This document shows, piece after piece, positions 1-12,643 of a stretch of 64,000 bases of DNA; the stretch's first letter is position 1, and each line of letters starts with the position of its first letter. The stretch comes from Podarcis gaigeae. Lineage: Eukaryota. The stretch is taken from assembly GCA_964106915.2 (NCBI GenBank), contig OZ066914.1; one strand, written 5' to 3'. The translations under genes and the position numbers were made by a program. Under the pieces are notes generated by a model. It did no database searches and was not told where the DNA came from. It saw only the letters and a program-made list of their open reading frames with translations.

Positions 1-3000
1 TTGCTTCTTGAGATATTTTTACAAATGAGTTAAAATAGCCATGTTGACATGTGAGTAGGATTATTCTGGAAGTCAGGCAAGCTCATATTTTTGTATTACC
101 TGCTAAATTAGCTGGTAAATGTCAATACTGAAAATAACTGATATGGTTTTTGGATCTGATTTTCAGCTGGAGTTGTAGCTATGTAACGCAGAGCAAGCAC
201 GCTCCTGATAACAGTGACCTGTGTCATTAATTATTGTATGTTTCATGATGGAGAGGTGTCCTGATAGAATAGCAGTGAAATAATGGAGACGAAAGAGGGA
301 GGTACGTCTGCTGCAGAAGACACAAGCTGTCTATTAAAGCATAGTGGAACCTCTGTGACAAAACACCCAGTGAAGCAGAAAACTGACCCACTTAACTGTT
401 GGCATAGAACTTTGAATTTGTTAAGTGCTGGCATGATTCTATGATACTTGAGGTTTGGAAATAAATCTTAATAGTTTTAAGTTCTAAGTGAACTTTGAAA
501 ACTGTATGCTTGCAACAGAACACTTGAAAAGTAGTTTATACAGTCTGACACGTGAAAATTTGAGGTTAGGTATTTAAATTTTAAAAATTAAGATTCAATC
601 TATTTGGATGTAACTGGGCTCTACCTCGGTTTTATAATTTATACATCAGATTGTGTGCATGCATGACTACCACAGCCCTATGCCTATCCTTTGGAATCCT
701 TTGAAAGTGGGGGCAGCTTCAAAGTGGGTGAAGACATTTCTTTACTACTTGCTACCTTGAGTGGAAGGGAGGGGGAAGGAGGAGGAGCCACTGTCTCACA
801 CACACATACATCCTTATATTGGGGGGCTGCTATAGCACCTAGTTCCTTAAAAGCAACCAAGACTGATTTTCTGGGAGCAAATTAAAGTCCTTATCAAATC
901 TCAGCTGTCTGATTGAGAAAAGGAAATGCTATAAGCAAGACAGGATACACAAGGGAGAATTACCTAAAGGGAACTTGCCTTGGCTATATTCTCTGACCAG
1001 CAGGCAGCATTGGAGTTCTGGTGTTGAGTGGCGTGGAACCTGCTTCATGGCAGGTTTGAATCTATGGAGTGGCCCCAATTTCCTAGAAGTCTAGGAGGAG
1101 AAAAGGGAGCTGAGTATGAGACTTGCTGAATTTCTCAGTCATTATTACAGAGGTGATTATAGCTGATAGCCTCATTTTCACTGCAAGCTATTTGTGGTAA
1201 GAATGTATTTCTCCTTTCCAATCTGTGAAGCAAATTTTACATGTAATTGTTAGTTGTGCTCAGGGTTCTGTGGTAGTTAATGAGTGATCAGAAGAGTTAA
1301 ATGCCATCTTGGGGAAGTCTCACAGTGGTCAGGAAATGACAACATAGAATTCATTTGTTTTAAAACCTTAAATATTTATCTAGAGTAGGGCTTTCAGAAT
1401 TTCTTGGCAAGGTCTCATTCCAGATATTCAAGCTTTGTGCGAGCTTCTTTTCATCTCCAAAACCCAGTAGCTTCCATTCTACCTTGAACTTTAGTAAGGA
1501 AAATCTTTTCTGGAGTTTCTGCAGAGGCATTGCATCAATACAAAGAAACATCTCAATACTGTACAAAAATAGCATGCAAGTAAGTAGCTTTTGATGGCAT
1601 ACAGTGTAACAGAATTGTATATACTCACTTTGTAATTCAACTTTTAGCACATTTTATTGGTGTAAATCACTTGGACCCTATATATTCATAAGTACCTATA
1701 GATCATATTTATGCACCAAACAAAAGCAAATTTGTTTTCCCAGGCTTTTAAGAATTGCAAAGTAAGCTCCCCCTCCCCCAACTTGTATAGTAAAATCAAA
1801 CTGCTTTATTTAAATTGTCTGCTGCAGCATTACTTTACTTGATCACATTATAATATTTTTGTTTTGTACTACTCTGCCCAGGTAATATAAAATCACATTG
1901 AAGATGCAGGATGTAAAATTATGTAAATATGACTTCCTACACCACTAATTTTTTTGGTGTAAATTATTGCAGAGGTAGCCAACATAGCATTCCATTTACC
2001 CCAGCATAGTTAATGGTCTGAGATGATGGGAGCTTTAGTCCAACATTTAGAGGGGGGCACCTCTTGTCTGATCCTGGTGTATTTGGTAATGTTAGGCATA
2101 AAGACAACATAAGGTTTATGAATGAATCATATGTGAATGTATAAATTTCTAGGGAGCAGTCCAAACCCAAGATCCACTGTGTTGAGCAGAGTTTGAAATA
2201 GGCAGATCTCTGGCTCAGGTGGTGCTCAGCTGTTTGAAGCCCTGATTATGGTTGATCTAGAGAGATGCCAACATAAGCCCTCCATCCTGACTCAACTGGC
2301 TGAGCCCAAGGTTGAGGTGGGGGTAAGTCCCCCACCCGTAAAGGAATCTTCTGGGCTGGGGGCAGGGCAGGGGAGGCTTAAGTCACTCCAAATGCTATTC
2401 ACCTCAGTCACATGACGTAGCAATCCAGCAGAAGCGGGTGGTGTATGTCAAACTGTATTTTAAAAGCTTGTTTCCCCTCTGCCAGGTTTGGGCTGACTAA
2501 TCTAGCAGAATGGAGTTTGGAATTAGGGTAAATTACACTGGCATAATGCTGGCTCCTTGTAGTTTGGATTGCTGTTAGTTTTGGAATAAAACATTTTAAC
2601 TTGGGCACAATATCTGGGAAAGTGTAATAGCAAGTTGGCAGTAGCTATCATTGCTAAGAGGACTTGTATAACAAAAGCTATCGGTAATGAAACATACCAA
2701 ATGGATAGTTCTTGCTGGATTTAATAGTCTCATCAAGTGATGGGTGAACTTGTCCCAGTGAGGCTCAAAAATTGAACAGTCTTGGAAAATAGCTGCCTGG
2801 TGCTCATTTCAGATTATCAACCCCACCCTGTGATATCGCCGGAAAATGATCAGGTCCAGTCACTCTTCCACAAGAGTCCAAATGTTGGGGTGTTGCAAAA
2901 TGTAGTTACTGACATGGGTCAGTAGTGTGGGAAAAGTCTACTTTTCTCCATTCCTTGCAGCTCTCTAGCAGCATGCCAGACATTTGGGGAGAGAGCTGGG

Positions 3001-4202
3001 AGAGTAGTCTTGCTTCACTGCTGGAGCAACAAAAATGTAAGAGGGAGCTTAGAACCAGTGAAGGGTGGTTGAGTTGGAGGCAGGGACAAAGGGAGGACTT
3101 AGGTTCCTCTCCAGCTTAGATTTTAGACCTGAATGATTGCTTTGTACTGAGGCTAGCAATTAAGCTTTTCTTGGGCTTATATCCCAAACACTGTTTGGAT
3201 AAGTCTGATAAATCAAAAGTCTCACCCTAAAGTGCATTTGCATGGACTAACCATTTGTCAGTTAACCCTGTTGGAAGAGAATACTGCAGTGAGTTAATTT
3301 GGTGGAAATAGTAAAGCAGCCCATTTTAAATCAAGATTTACCGTAAGTCTTGCATTCCATGTGTCCTCTTACAATCCACTTTCTCATTATACCATTATAC
3401 ACTTTTATTGTTGAGTAGTATGTTTTACTACATTTCTGTATGAACCTGTACAAAGACATTATAAAGTGTTTCATTTTGCTGACTCCAAGCTAATACTAGT
3501 TTAACTTCTGAGGGCATGCTTTCATAACCATTCTTTTCTGAAATGTTTGTCCTACGAGCAGAGACTTTATGACCTTTCTGATCGCTTCATTAAAAAAGGG
3601 ATATAGTGTCAATACTATGTTGTCAGGGGCAGTTCCTGAATACTTTTATAATGCCTTACCTGTTATTGAGCAGTGTGTGGCTGCTAATATTCAGTAGAAA
3701 TATATATTAACTACTAGTTTCACCACCATCATGCATAGTTTTGACAGACATTGCAGTACAAATAATTTTTAAAGTGGGTGGCTTCCCTGTATCCCAGGAG
3801 TTACATGGGAGTGAGATATTCCTAATATATGGTGAGACAGATAATTTAGAGCTTTAAAGGTCAAAGCAACATCTTGAATGGCATCTGGAAACCAGCAACA
3901 TTGCAGTTGCTGCAGGTACTGTTATGTGACCCTGCTATCCTGTATCAGGCAGGAGGCAAGTTATTGCATTTTGTCCAAGCGTAAATTTTCCAAATGCTTT
4001 AAGGCAATCAGATGCATGTTGTGTAAAGATTCCTTCTGTCTAGATATAGCAGACTGAATGCAGATAGTAAAAGACTTGTGTTGGCTATATCTCTCACTCA
4101 TTTAACTAATATCAGAGGCAGAGCCAAAATCTCTCCTGGACTGCAAGCATAATTGACAAATGACAACAGATTAATCAAATACACCTCACTGTCCCCTGCA
4201 AT

Positions 4203-4321
4203 ATAAGGGTCTGGTGACTTCTCTTTCAGTGTATCTGAAGAAGTGTGCATGCACACTAAAGCGTATACCAAGAACAAACTTGGTTGGACTCTAAGATGCT
4301 ACTGGACATTTTTTTTATATA
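4203..4321 (+). mobile_element. Penelope-like fragment with a degenerate hammerhead (4231-4268)
   Basis: gtatctgaagaagtgtgcatgcacactaaagcgtatacc...gatgctactgga; 13-bp TSD TGTCCCCTGCAAT at 4190-4202 and 4322-4334. Confidence 0.75.
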
Positions 4322-5041
4322 TGTCCCCTGCAATCTGAGGACTAAAATGAATTTTATCTGTATTCTGCTTTAGCCAAAGTACAGCTATCAGACCTGAGAT
4401 AAGAACTAAAACAGACATTCATAGATTTGATAAAAATGGAATTGTCTGATTGACAGGGTAATGATGATAACCCCATAACAGACCTATGAATCATGCCATT
4501 TAGCAATTTCATAGAGATGTTCAAAGGGGCAAGGTAGATTTTTGAAGCACTCCTCTTATTAGCTTCTAGGAAGCTGATTCATTTGCCCACCCCCACACCA
4601 AAAACGACCTGCAAAACAAATAACAACAACCTAAGATGGAGCCAGTTATACCTGCTAAAACCTGCAGATTAATCAGTAGAACTGACTATTCCTAGTATCC
4701 AAGGTTGCTGGGGAGAGGTTTAATACAGTCAAGTTTTTCCTCCTGTTAATATTTTAGATGTAGTGTATATTGGTCAGGTTACCTGAGTGTAATTCAGTGC
4801 TGCACATGTGTGGTCAGTTGTGCCTGTAAAATTGGGAAGCAGATCAGGGTTTGCTTGGCAGATGTGAAGTTCTGTGCCATCTCCAAGGAAAGGGAGTCTT
4901 GGGATGTGTATCAAAACTCCTCCAAAATGATCATTCCGACTGACTTAAATGCCATGCCTAAGACCTCCTGTGTCACTCTAGTCAAATGCCAGGCACAAGA
5001 CCATTTGTCAGAACAGTCCAGAAGCCTGATAGGAATTGAGT

Positions 5042-5161
5042 GGTAAAAGGTAAAGGACCCCTGGACAGTTCAGTCAAACCTGACCATGGGATGTGACGCT
5101 AACCTTGTTTCAGGCCGAGGGAGCCGGTGTTTGTCCACAGACAGCTTTCTGCATTATGTGG
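5042..5161 (-). mobile_element. Sauria SINE, 5'-truncated 3' fragment
   Basis: ggtaaaaggtaaaggacccctgga...caggccgagggagccggtgtttgtccacagacagcttt matches the copy at 60252. Confidence 0.8.
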
Positions 5162-5432
5162 TGGAGTGGCTGATGGCATAAAGATTCAAAGTTGACTGTA
5201 TTCTGCAGTGACTGCCAATACATAAAGAATATCAGCTCCCTTTGAAACACCACCCTGGTGCTGCACCAAGTACATAGCCAGAACCAATGGTCAATATATA
5301 TGAGGTAGGCAGCCTCCTACCATATGAGGTTATGAAGTCCTGCTGCTTTGTTCATTACTGATCTTGCATGACAAGCTAGAAAAGGATTAGTTCCATCCTT
5401 TTGACTGAAGGGATGATTGAAGTGTTTCTTAG

Positions 5433-5544
5433 TTCACATGTCTGAGATCAGTGCTTTTTTCTGAGGTACTCAAGGGTACACAGTACTTGCACACACAAAC
5501 CCAACCAACGTTAACAGTGTGGCATTTACTGTAGCAACTTCATG
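5433..5544 (+). other. Candidate NUMB 5'UTR exon (donor confident, acceptor uncertain: 5433 or 5466)
   Basis: Near-consensus donor CATG|GTGAGT at 5544/5545, about 7 kb upstream of coding exon 1. Vertebrate NUMB has non-coding 5' exons. Confidence 0.35.
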
Positions 5545-7524
5545 GTGAGTAACGGCACCCCCCTTTTATTTTCTTTTAAAGCACAGTTTGAGATGCTTTT
5601 TACTCCTAATACTCATGTGCCATTCACTTTTCCAATTGTGACCCTCTTGATTTACGGTACTTCTCATGCATGTTGTTGGCTAATTCCTGGTTCTGTTGAA
5701 CTCCCTGAAGTGATTTCTGTACTTGAGCGGTAATCCTCACCCTTAAGGGCTTTAAGTCCCCTTGCTGCAAGAGAGATATAAGAATAGAATGTTGGGCTCC
5801 CTTTTTAGGCTGTTTTACAGTAATGTGTTTTTATCCAATCATATCTAAGGTTCCTGCTAGCTGAGAAACCAAGAGTTCAGTTGTTCTGGAACTGAACTTC
5901 ATGGCATAGATGCTAGCTGAGCATTTTCTAGGATCCTGACTTCTGAATTCAAAGCTCTTAAATAACTTTTAAAATCCCTGCAAGGAAGCTGGAGGGGCCA
6001 GCCAGATGGAAATGTCAGGCGCCAACCTGGCACCCAGAGATCTCTGCATGGTCAGAGTTGGACACATGCCAGTCGCAAAGTGTGCCTGGCACCTGATTAA
6101 TTTTGAACACTGATTTGAGGCAAGTAGCAATTGTTCCAAGAATCTTAAGTTGTCAAGTCCTCTGTCCAAGCTACACTCCATAGGTGGATTGGTTGCTAAC
6201 GATTACCAGTCCACAAAAGAACTTTGTACTTACTTACCAAGCTGCCTGCTGCAGATAAAAACATGTATTCAAAGGACAGGTAAAACTTTACACCAACCAC
6301 ACACACTGCTCCAGTTCCGTTTCTCCTGGATAAATATGATTGGCCTTTGTACCTTGAATATATAAAGATAAAACTTCTGCGAGGACTGAACACTTGTTCT
6401 AATGGAATGATTTGATTTTACCACTTCTGTTTTTAAAACTGATGAATCTCTCACGTACAACTTTTTTTCTCTTGCTTTTACTTATAAAAATTCCGCTGTG
6501 AGAAGCAGTATTCTAAAGTTCCAGTTCCAGTTTTATTCACTTGGGAAAGTTTGAAACTCATGTGGTGGTAGTGAAATGCATTTTAAGATCTTTTTTGTGG
6601 CAGAGGTTTTCATAGTAAAGTCATGGTTTAAGGGTCAGCATACACTTTAGAACACCCAGATACACTTTTTGAGTTTGTATCTGATTTTAAAGGTTAATGG
6701 AAACACATGGCAGACTAAAGAAATCAAAGCCACAATTCATGCTAAAAATAGTTAGCTAAGCTGAAATAGACCTTAAACCTGCAGTTTTCTATAGGTTGCG
6801 CCCATTTCATTTGGAACAGATGCTCTTGCTATATGCCTGGACAGACTGTGTACCATGAATAATGCTCTTTTGCGCAGGGCTGTTTTTCATGCCATCTGAA
6901 CATGGACTTGTGGTGTGTTTCCCGCCTAACAAATCACAGGCGATAGTCAATGTTTGTTCTTGGCTTGCTGCTTGTGACTTGATAGTGGGCTTTGGGAGCA
7001 CAATGCACAGCTCCCTACCGTATGAGAACCTGCATATTCATTAGGTGAGCCGAGCATTCTTCTTGTGCTTGAGGACATTTGGTTTATTGCTCTCCAGAAG
7101 CAAGTTCATGATGGCAGATTTATCTAATACTATTTTTCATTTCGTAAGGAAATGAAACGAACTCTAAGGATAAATACGTCTGCCCAGCTGCCTTCCATTT
7201 TCCTTCTGTGGCTGATAGGAGGGGTTTGTGAGGGCAGAGTTTGAGTGGAACGGGTAGAAGAAGCTTGAAGTGTGTAGAGCTGATGGAAGAAGGTACAATG
7301 GGAGTGGCTTGGTAGAGGGAGCAGGACTCGTACTATTCTGACTCCCTGGAGGCACCAGTTACCCCTGTCCAAACCCTTCTGTTGACTTTGGGTGTGCAAC
7401 TTACACACATTTAACTTCTGCACATTTAGCTTTATGCACTCAGAAATTGTAAAAAAAATTAAAAGGGGCAGTTGTCTGGGGAACAAAGTATTTGGCAATC
7501 CCGTCAGCTGTTGAACCTATTGTG

Positions 7525-7769
7525 CAAGGGTAGGCAAACTAAGGCCCGGGGGCCAGATCTGGCCCAATCGCCTTCTGAATCCGGCTGGCGGATAGTCCTG
7601 GAATCAGTGTGTTTTTACATGGGTAGAATGTGTGCTTTTATTTAAAATGCATCTCTGGGTTATTTGTGGGACATAGGAATTCGTTCATTGTTTTTTCCCC
7701 AAAACATAGTCCGGCCCCCCACAAGGTCTGAGGGACAGTGGACCAGACCCCTGCTGAAAAAGTTTGCTG
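7525..7769. mobile_element. Non-autonomous hAT element, OC1/OposCharlie-like
   Basis: CAAGGGTAGGCAAACT start; 3' region GGTCTGAGGGACAGTGGACC...AAAAAGTTTGCTG typical of this group (recalled); right TIR eroded. Confidence 0.65.
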
Positions 7770-10700
7770 TTGTGTTTTGGCTATACACAATTTTGGCTTT
7801 AGCGCGCGCTCCCCAGAACGTAACCCTTGCACAAGTTGAGGGCATGATCCTGTTAAAATGTTTCTGAGCAAAAGTTGCATGGTATGTTGATAACCTAAAG
7901 CAGAGAGAATGTCTAGTAACTAGTGGTAAAAGCAATAGAGTTCTTACATGTATTGTTCCTGTTAAGTTCTTAACAGCATGCAGCTGTTTGGCTTTGGCAA
8001 GCGGTAGAACTCAGGGTGTGGTTCTAAAATACACAGTCTTTAAGTTATTGGCACTACTACAGCTTTTTCTTCTTTAGAATTCAAAACTGAGCATGCCTTT
8101 ATGTTTAAGTCTCTAAAACTTCAAAAATGTGTGCCATCAAACGGCAGCAATCAGTATTGACTCTTGGATCATCTCAACCTGTAATGATAAGGAAGAATAG
8201 GCTTGTATTGTTACTACAGTTTTTAAAAGAACTTTTATGCTATTATGTTTCTTACAGAAGATGCATAAAATGCTAAATAAAAGTGTGTGCCATAGAAGAG
8301 CTTTCTGTAAAACCTGGCAGACTGAAGAGTAACAGATTTTTATCATATATAGCTTGGGCCAAAAATGAATAGCTTTTTTAAAAAAGCTACTTGATGTAGA
8401 GATGTGAAAGTTTTGCTACAACTTGTGGCTGGAAAGGGGATCAAGTTAGGCTTGTATATAAGCCTGAAAAAACGAAGACAAAAAGCAATTAAAAGTTTTG
8501 TTTTCCTTTGTAAAATCTGGAGCTTGTAGCAAACCATCTGTTGACCTGGAATAACCCCTTAATTCATTTAAACCATTTTTGTGTGCACATTAAAGAAGTG
8601 TCTCTGAGGCTGTAAGTTTCCCTAGACTACTTTTCTCTATGTTTCGTCGTCCATTCTTTCCTCCTGCCTACTGAGACTCACTGAGTCCAAGTTAAATGTT
8701 TGACCTTTTTTGTAACTATTAAATCATATGTCCTGGGCTAGTCTGCCATTTTACTACTTGCCTAATTATTTGGACAACGAATGGCAATCAGTTTTGAAAG
8801 TAGTTTGGCAGCACTAGTATTACTTGAGAGGAAGACCAATGTTCTGCTAGTGAAGGGGATGTGGTGTGCATTTTTAGAAGTGCAGATAAAGGAAAAGGTG
8901 TCGAATACTTAAGAGTAGTTATGATTAAAAGTAAATCAAAGTTGGTTGAAATCCGTAATCTTTGGTTTCTGTTGCAGTACATAATGTTTTCTTGTTCTGG
9001 AGTTCAGGGAGTAGTTTCAACATAATTTGAAGAAGCTGCTTTGGAGTTACATGAGATGTGTCTTAAATTGTTGCATTTTGCTTAATGGACTATGCAGATA
9101 TGCATTTTTTAAAAAGTGAGAGAGGAATAAGGTGAAAAGAGGTTGATGGTATTCCAGAGGAGGGAGTATTCTATCTAGCTGTTCACGAACTTAGCATCAG
9201 TACTCCTAAGTAACAGGAAAATTTCAGCTTCTTATCGTGAGAGAACTTGGAAAAATATATGTGCTGCTTCTATGTTTCCTTTGTTTGTGATCTTGCTCTG
9301 ATAGTTTCAGTTCTTACATGTCTAGTTGTGACTGAGAATTTAACTTGGTCAAGCTCTCAAATCCTATTCAACACGATTGTGGTGGTAATAGATCAGCTGT
9401 TCCTGTGTTATGGAAGGATAGTTCACTGGACTTCAAACTCCAATAGTTCGTATCATTCATAGCCTTGACACCTCTATCTGAAAAGCCAGGTTGCAGAGAT
9501 AGGTGTAATCCATTTTTATCACATCCATTTGCTATAATCCTCCTGTTACCTGCCAGTTCACTTTTTAAAGCTTTAAAGCTTATTGATGAGCTCTATGTGT
9601 CCCTTTTGTTGAAGGCTGTGACCGGTGGATATCCAAACTTCTCAGTTCAAATGTTAAATATTGCACAACTGTACTGTGTTGGTAATAACCTCAGATATTC
9701 TTACAAGGTCCTGGTTCTAACAGTGTCCTTTGTGCTGACACTGCCTCATTTATAGTTCTGTCCATGCAACACACATGAGTGGCAAGGGCATGTTGAATCC
9801 CACAGTTAAGAAGCTTCCTTTACCTTGTGATTCACTAACTGAGTAATCTTAACTGTGTGCAGGTGCAGAGTTAATTTTCCTCTTGGACTGGTGCAGCAGA
9901 GAGGCCCATATTGGGTAGCTCTAAGGAAGATGGACTGGTTCAGATCCAGTGGATCCCTAGATGGCTCTGCTCATCTCCAAAATACTAATGGAAGTTTCAC
10001 AACAGCCTGCAATTTGGGGTGCAGCAGGGTCTTTTTGCAGCAGCAAAGGGAAACCTCTGTCAAATCCCAGCCCCTACCAGCAGCATATAATTGTTCTTCC
10101 CATCCTCAGTAATAGTATCTTCTGGCCCCCAGGCATTTCATGCTGACTGCAGAAGTCATAATATATGCACTGTCTTCTGAAGCTGGGTGACGTATTGATT
10201 CAGGCCTGATGCACACATATCACTAAACCATGATTTGTTCAGCCACAGTGTTGCTTGTTTGGCTGCTCCACCCCCATAAGCTTGGAAGAAACAAGCAGTG
10301 CCTTGTCTGATTGTCTGTAAGATGACTTGTGATTTGAACATGCCACAGTTGAAACAAACCATGGTTTAGCATTCTGTGCAGACGCAGCCATTGTGGGTGG
10401 AGAGAAACCATTTAGTATATGCTAGGCAGTTCTGTATTTGCAGAAGGGCAATGCCTGTATCTTCGCTATGGAAGTTATCTGGGGTGTATCCGTTCATCTC
10501 GGATAACAAGGCATGACACAACATGTGCCTACTGATGAATTAGAAGCCAATGGAAAAAAAACTGCCCGTTCATCTTCCTTCTCTGAAGGCTTCAGTCTGA
10601 GCAGTTCAGCAGCTATGTTAATAGCTTTCAATGAAACAGTCTGGTCTCTGAGCAACAAACAGTCTTTCGGCAGCTTTGACCAGGTGCCATTTGATAAATT

Positions 10701-12517
10701 TGCTTCATAGTTTGTTCACCTTGGAATATACTTGAACTTAACAGATGAATTCATTGTGCCTTGACATGTTTAACATATTCTGCTAAAATGTTAGGCTTGG
10801 GGGGCGGGGTTCTGTTTATTACCGTAAGTTGTTTACCAGCATGTTGTTAAAACAGATAGGTTCAAACATATGTGCTGTTAAGATACTCTTCATAACAATC
10901 ACTTGTAATAGCTTGGCTTCTACTCCATACGATGCAATTGTTATAGTAACTGAGAGGGTATCCTATCATTTACTGTACAATTAATGATCATTTGTTGCCA
11001 ATTATATTTTAGTTTTATTGGTTTGGATTGCAATGGCTGCAGAGCTATGGTGCTGAAAGCACTTTCAGGGACCAACCTGCATCTTTTAATAATAAGATAG
11101 GTTTTCACTTCTGGGGTTCAGACACTACCAAACTGTGTACCAAAGTTGCTTCCTGTGCTGTGAACTTCCTGTCATCAGATCATGAAAGGCACCCCAGGTA
11201 ATAACTAGGAATTCATACGTGGGTGGAAGTGTTTGCTTTGGCAAGCAGCCTTAGTAACACCAGCATACCCAGGATGCTGGCAGACTGCTTTCAATACTTG
11301 ACATTGCTGGGATACTGAAGAGTAACTTACTGGCTTGCTAGAAGGTAAATGTACCATCTGAAAAAGTCAGTGACAGGTTGTTTTGAAATTCATATTGGGT
11401 TTATGTTCACCTTAGTCCTTCAGTAATGTTACATAACCCAAAAGGGTTATCAATTGCATCCATAAATCTTTTGTTTTAAATAATTAACATGGGCTGAATG
11501 GCTAGGTAAAGGTAAAGGGTAATAGCTATAAATAGCTATAAATGCATTCTAATATAAAATAGCCTAAGTACTGAGGTAAATACTAATTTCCATAGATTGC
11601 CAAAATATAAATTTCATTAGCTATAATGTTTGTTGCTTAATTCATTAAGGAGTTTAGCAGGTCAGCTATGAAGCTATTCACAGTGGTGACCTCTGTCAAG
11701 CTTCATATTTTGGTATTGTGCTGGTCCATGCTTTTTTTGTGGGAAATAGTGACTTTGAACGTGCAGAACTGTATGGGCATCACTATAATGCCAAGCATTA
11801 TAGTGATTTTCTGCTCCAGAGGGTATTCTATGGTGTCTGAACATGTGTGGGTGATCTCCACAGAGGCATAATAGATCTTGTGTTGTATAGGCAAAGACTT
11901 AAGTATGAGGCTTGAATAGCATTTTAGAAATAATTTGCAATACAGTATTGGAGGCTTTAGAAAATGTAAGCCTTTCTCGCGAACAGGAATGGCAGAAAAC
12001 CTACGTGCTTATGGAAGGGGCATCATCTTGTGTCAGGAGATGAAAATGGAAGTGGAAGATGGATCAGTAATAACTTGAATATGTGAAACAATAGACAATT
12101 TGAACATAGCCGCTTAAACTGGTCCTGAAGCACATGCCACAATGCTTTCCTTCGCTCTCCCCCCAAGGTATCCTCTTAACTACTGCACTGACATGAAAGG
12201 AGCACATTTCCATGGGTTCATCCAATTATATACAAGATCAGCATCCTGGGCTGCTGATTCTATGGAAAAGAGACATGCAATTGGCCTCTGTGCATGTGCT
12301 TGTGAGCCTTCCAAGGTTACATAAGCACCATGGGATGCACCAAGGGATGAACCCATGGAAAAGCCTTCACCATGTTAGTGTAATATTAAAGGACTGCCTG
12401 AGCAAGCCTTTTACCATGTTGGAGAAATATGGTAGATTGGTTCATTATTTATATTGAGATCCGAGTTCAATTATCATTTAAACCTTGTCCTTTTTTGTAG
12501 GGCACAAGAACTGAGCA

Positions 12518-12643
12518 ATGAATAAATTACGACAGAGCTTCAGAAGAAAGAAAGATGTCTATGTCCCTGAAGCAAGTAGGCCACATCAGTGGCAGACAGA
12601 TGAAGAAGGGGTTCGGACTGGCAAATGCAGCTTTCCTGTTAAG
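12518..12643 (+). CDS. NUMB: NUMB coding exon 1 (exon starts 12501; ATG 12518): [42 protein letters not shown]
   Basis: Acceptor ttttttgtag|12501; in-frame TGA two codons upstream of the ATG; donor AAG|gtaaat. Confidence 0.97.

Noticed and set aside
11145-11205. Two CTTCCTG (ETS-like) motifs followed by ATG...CAG|GTAATA as an alternative coding first exon of NUMB
   Set aside because: Splicing to 12501 hits TGA before the main ATG, and short motifs alone are not enough evidence.
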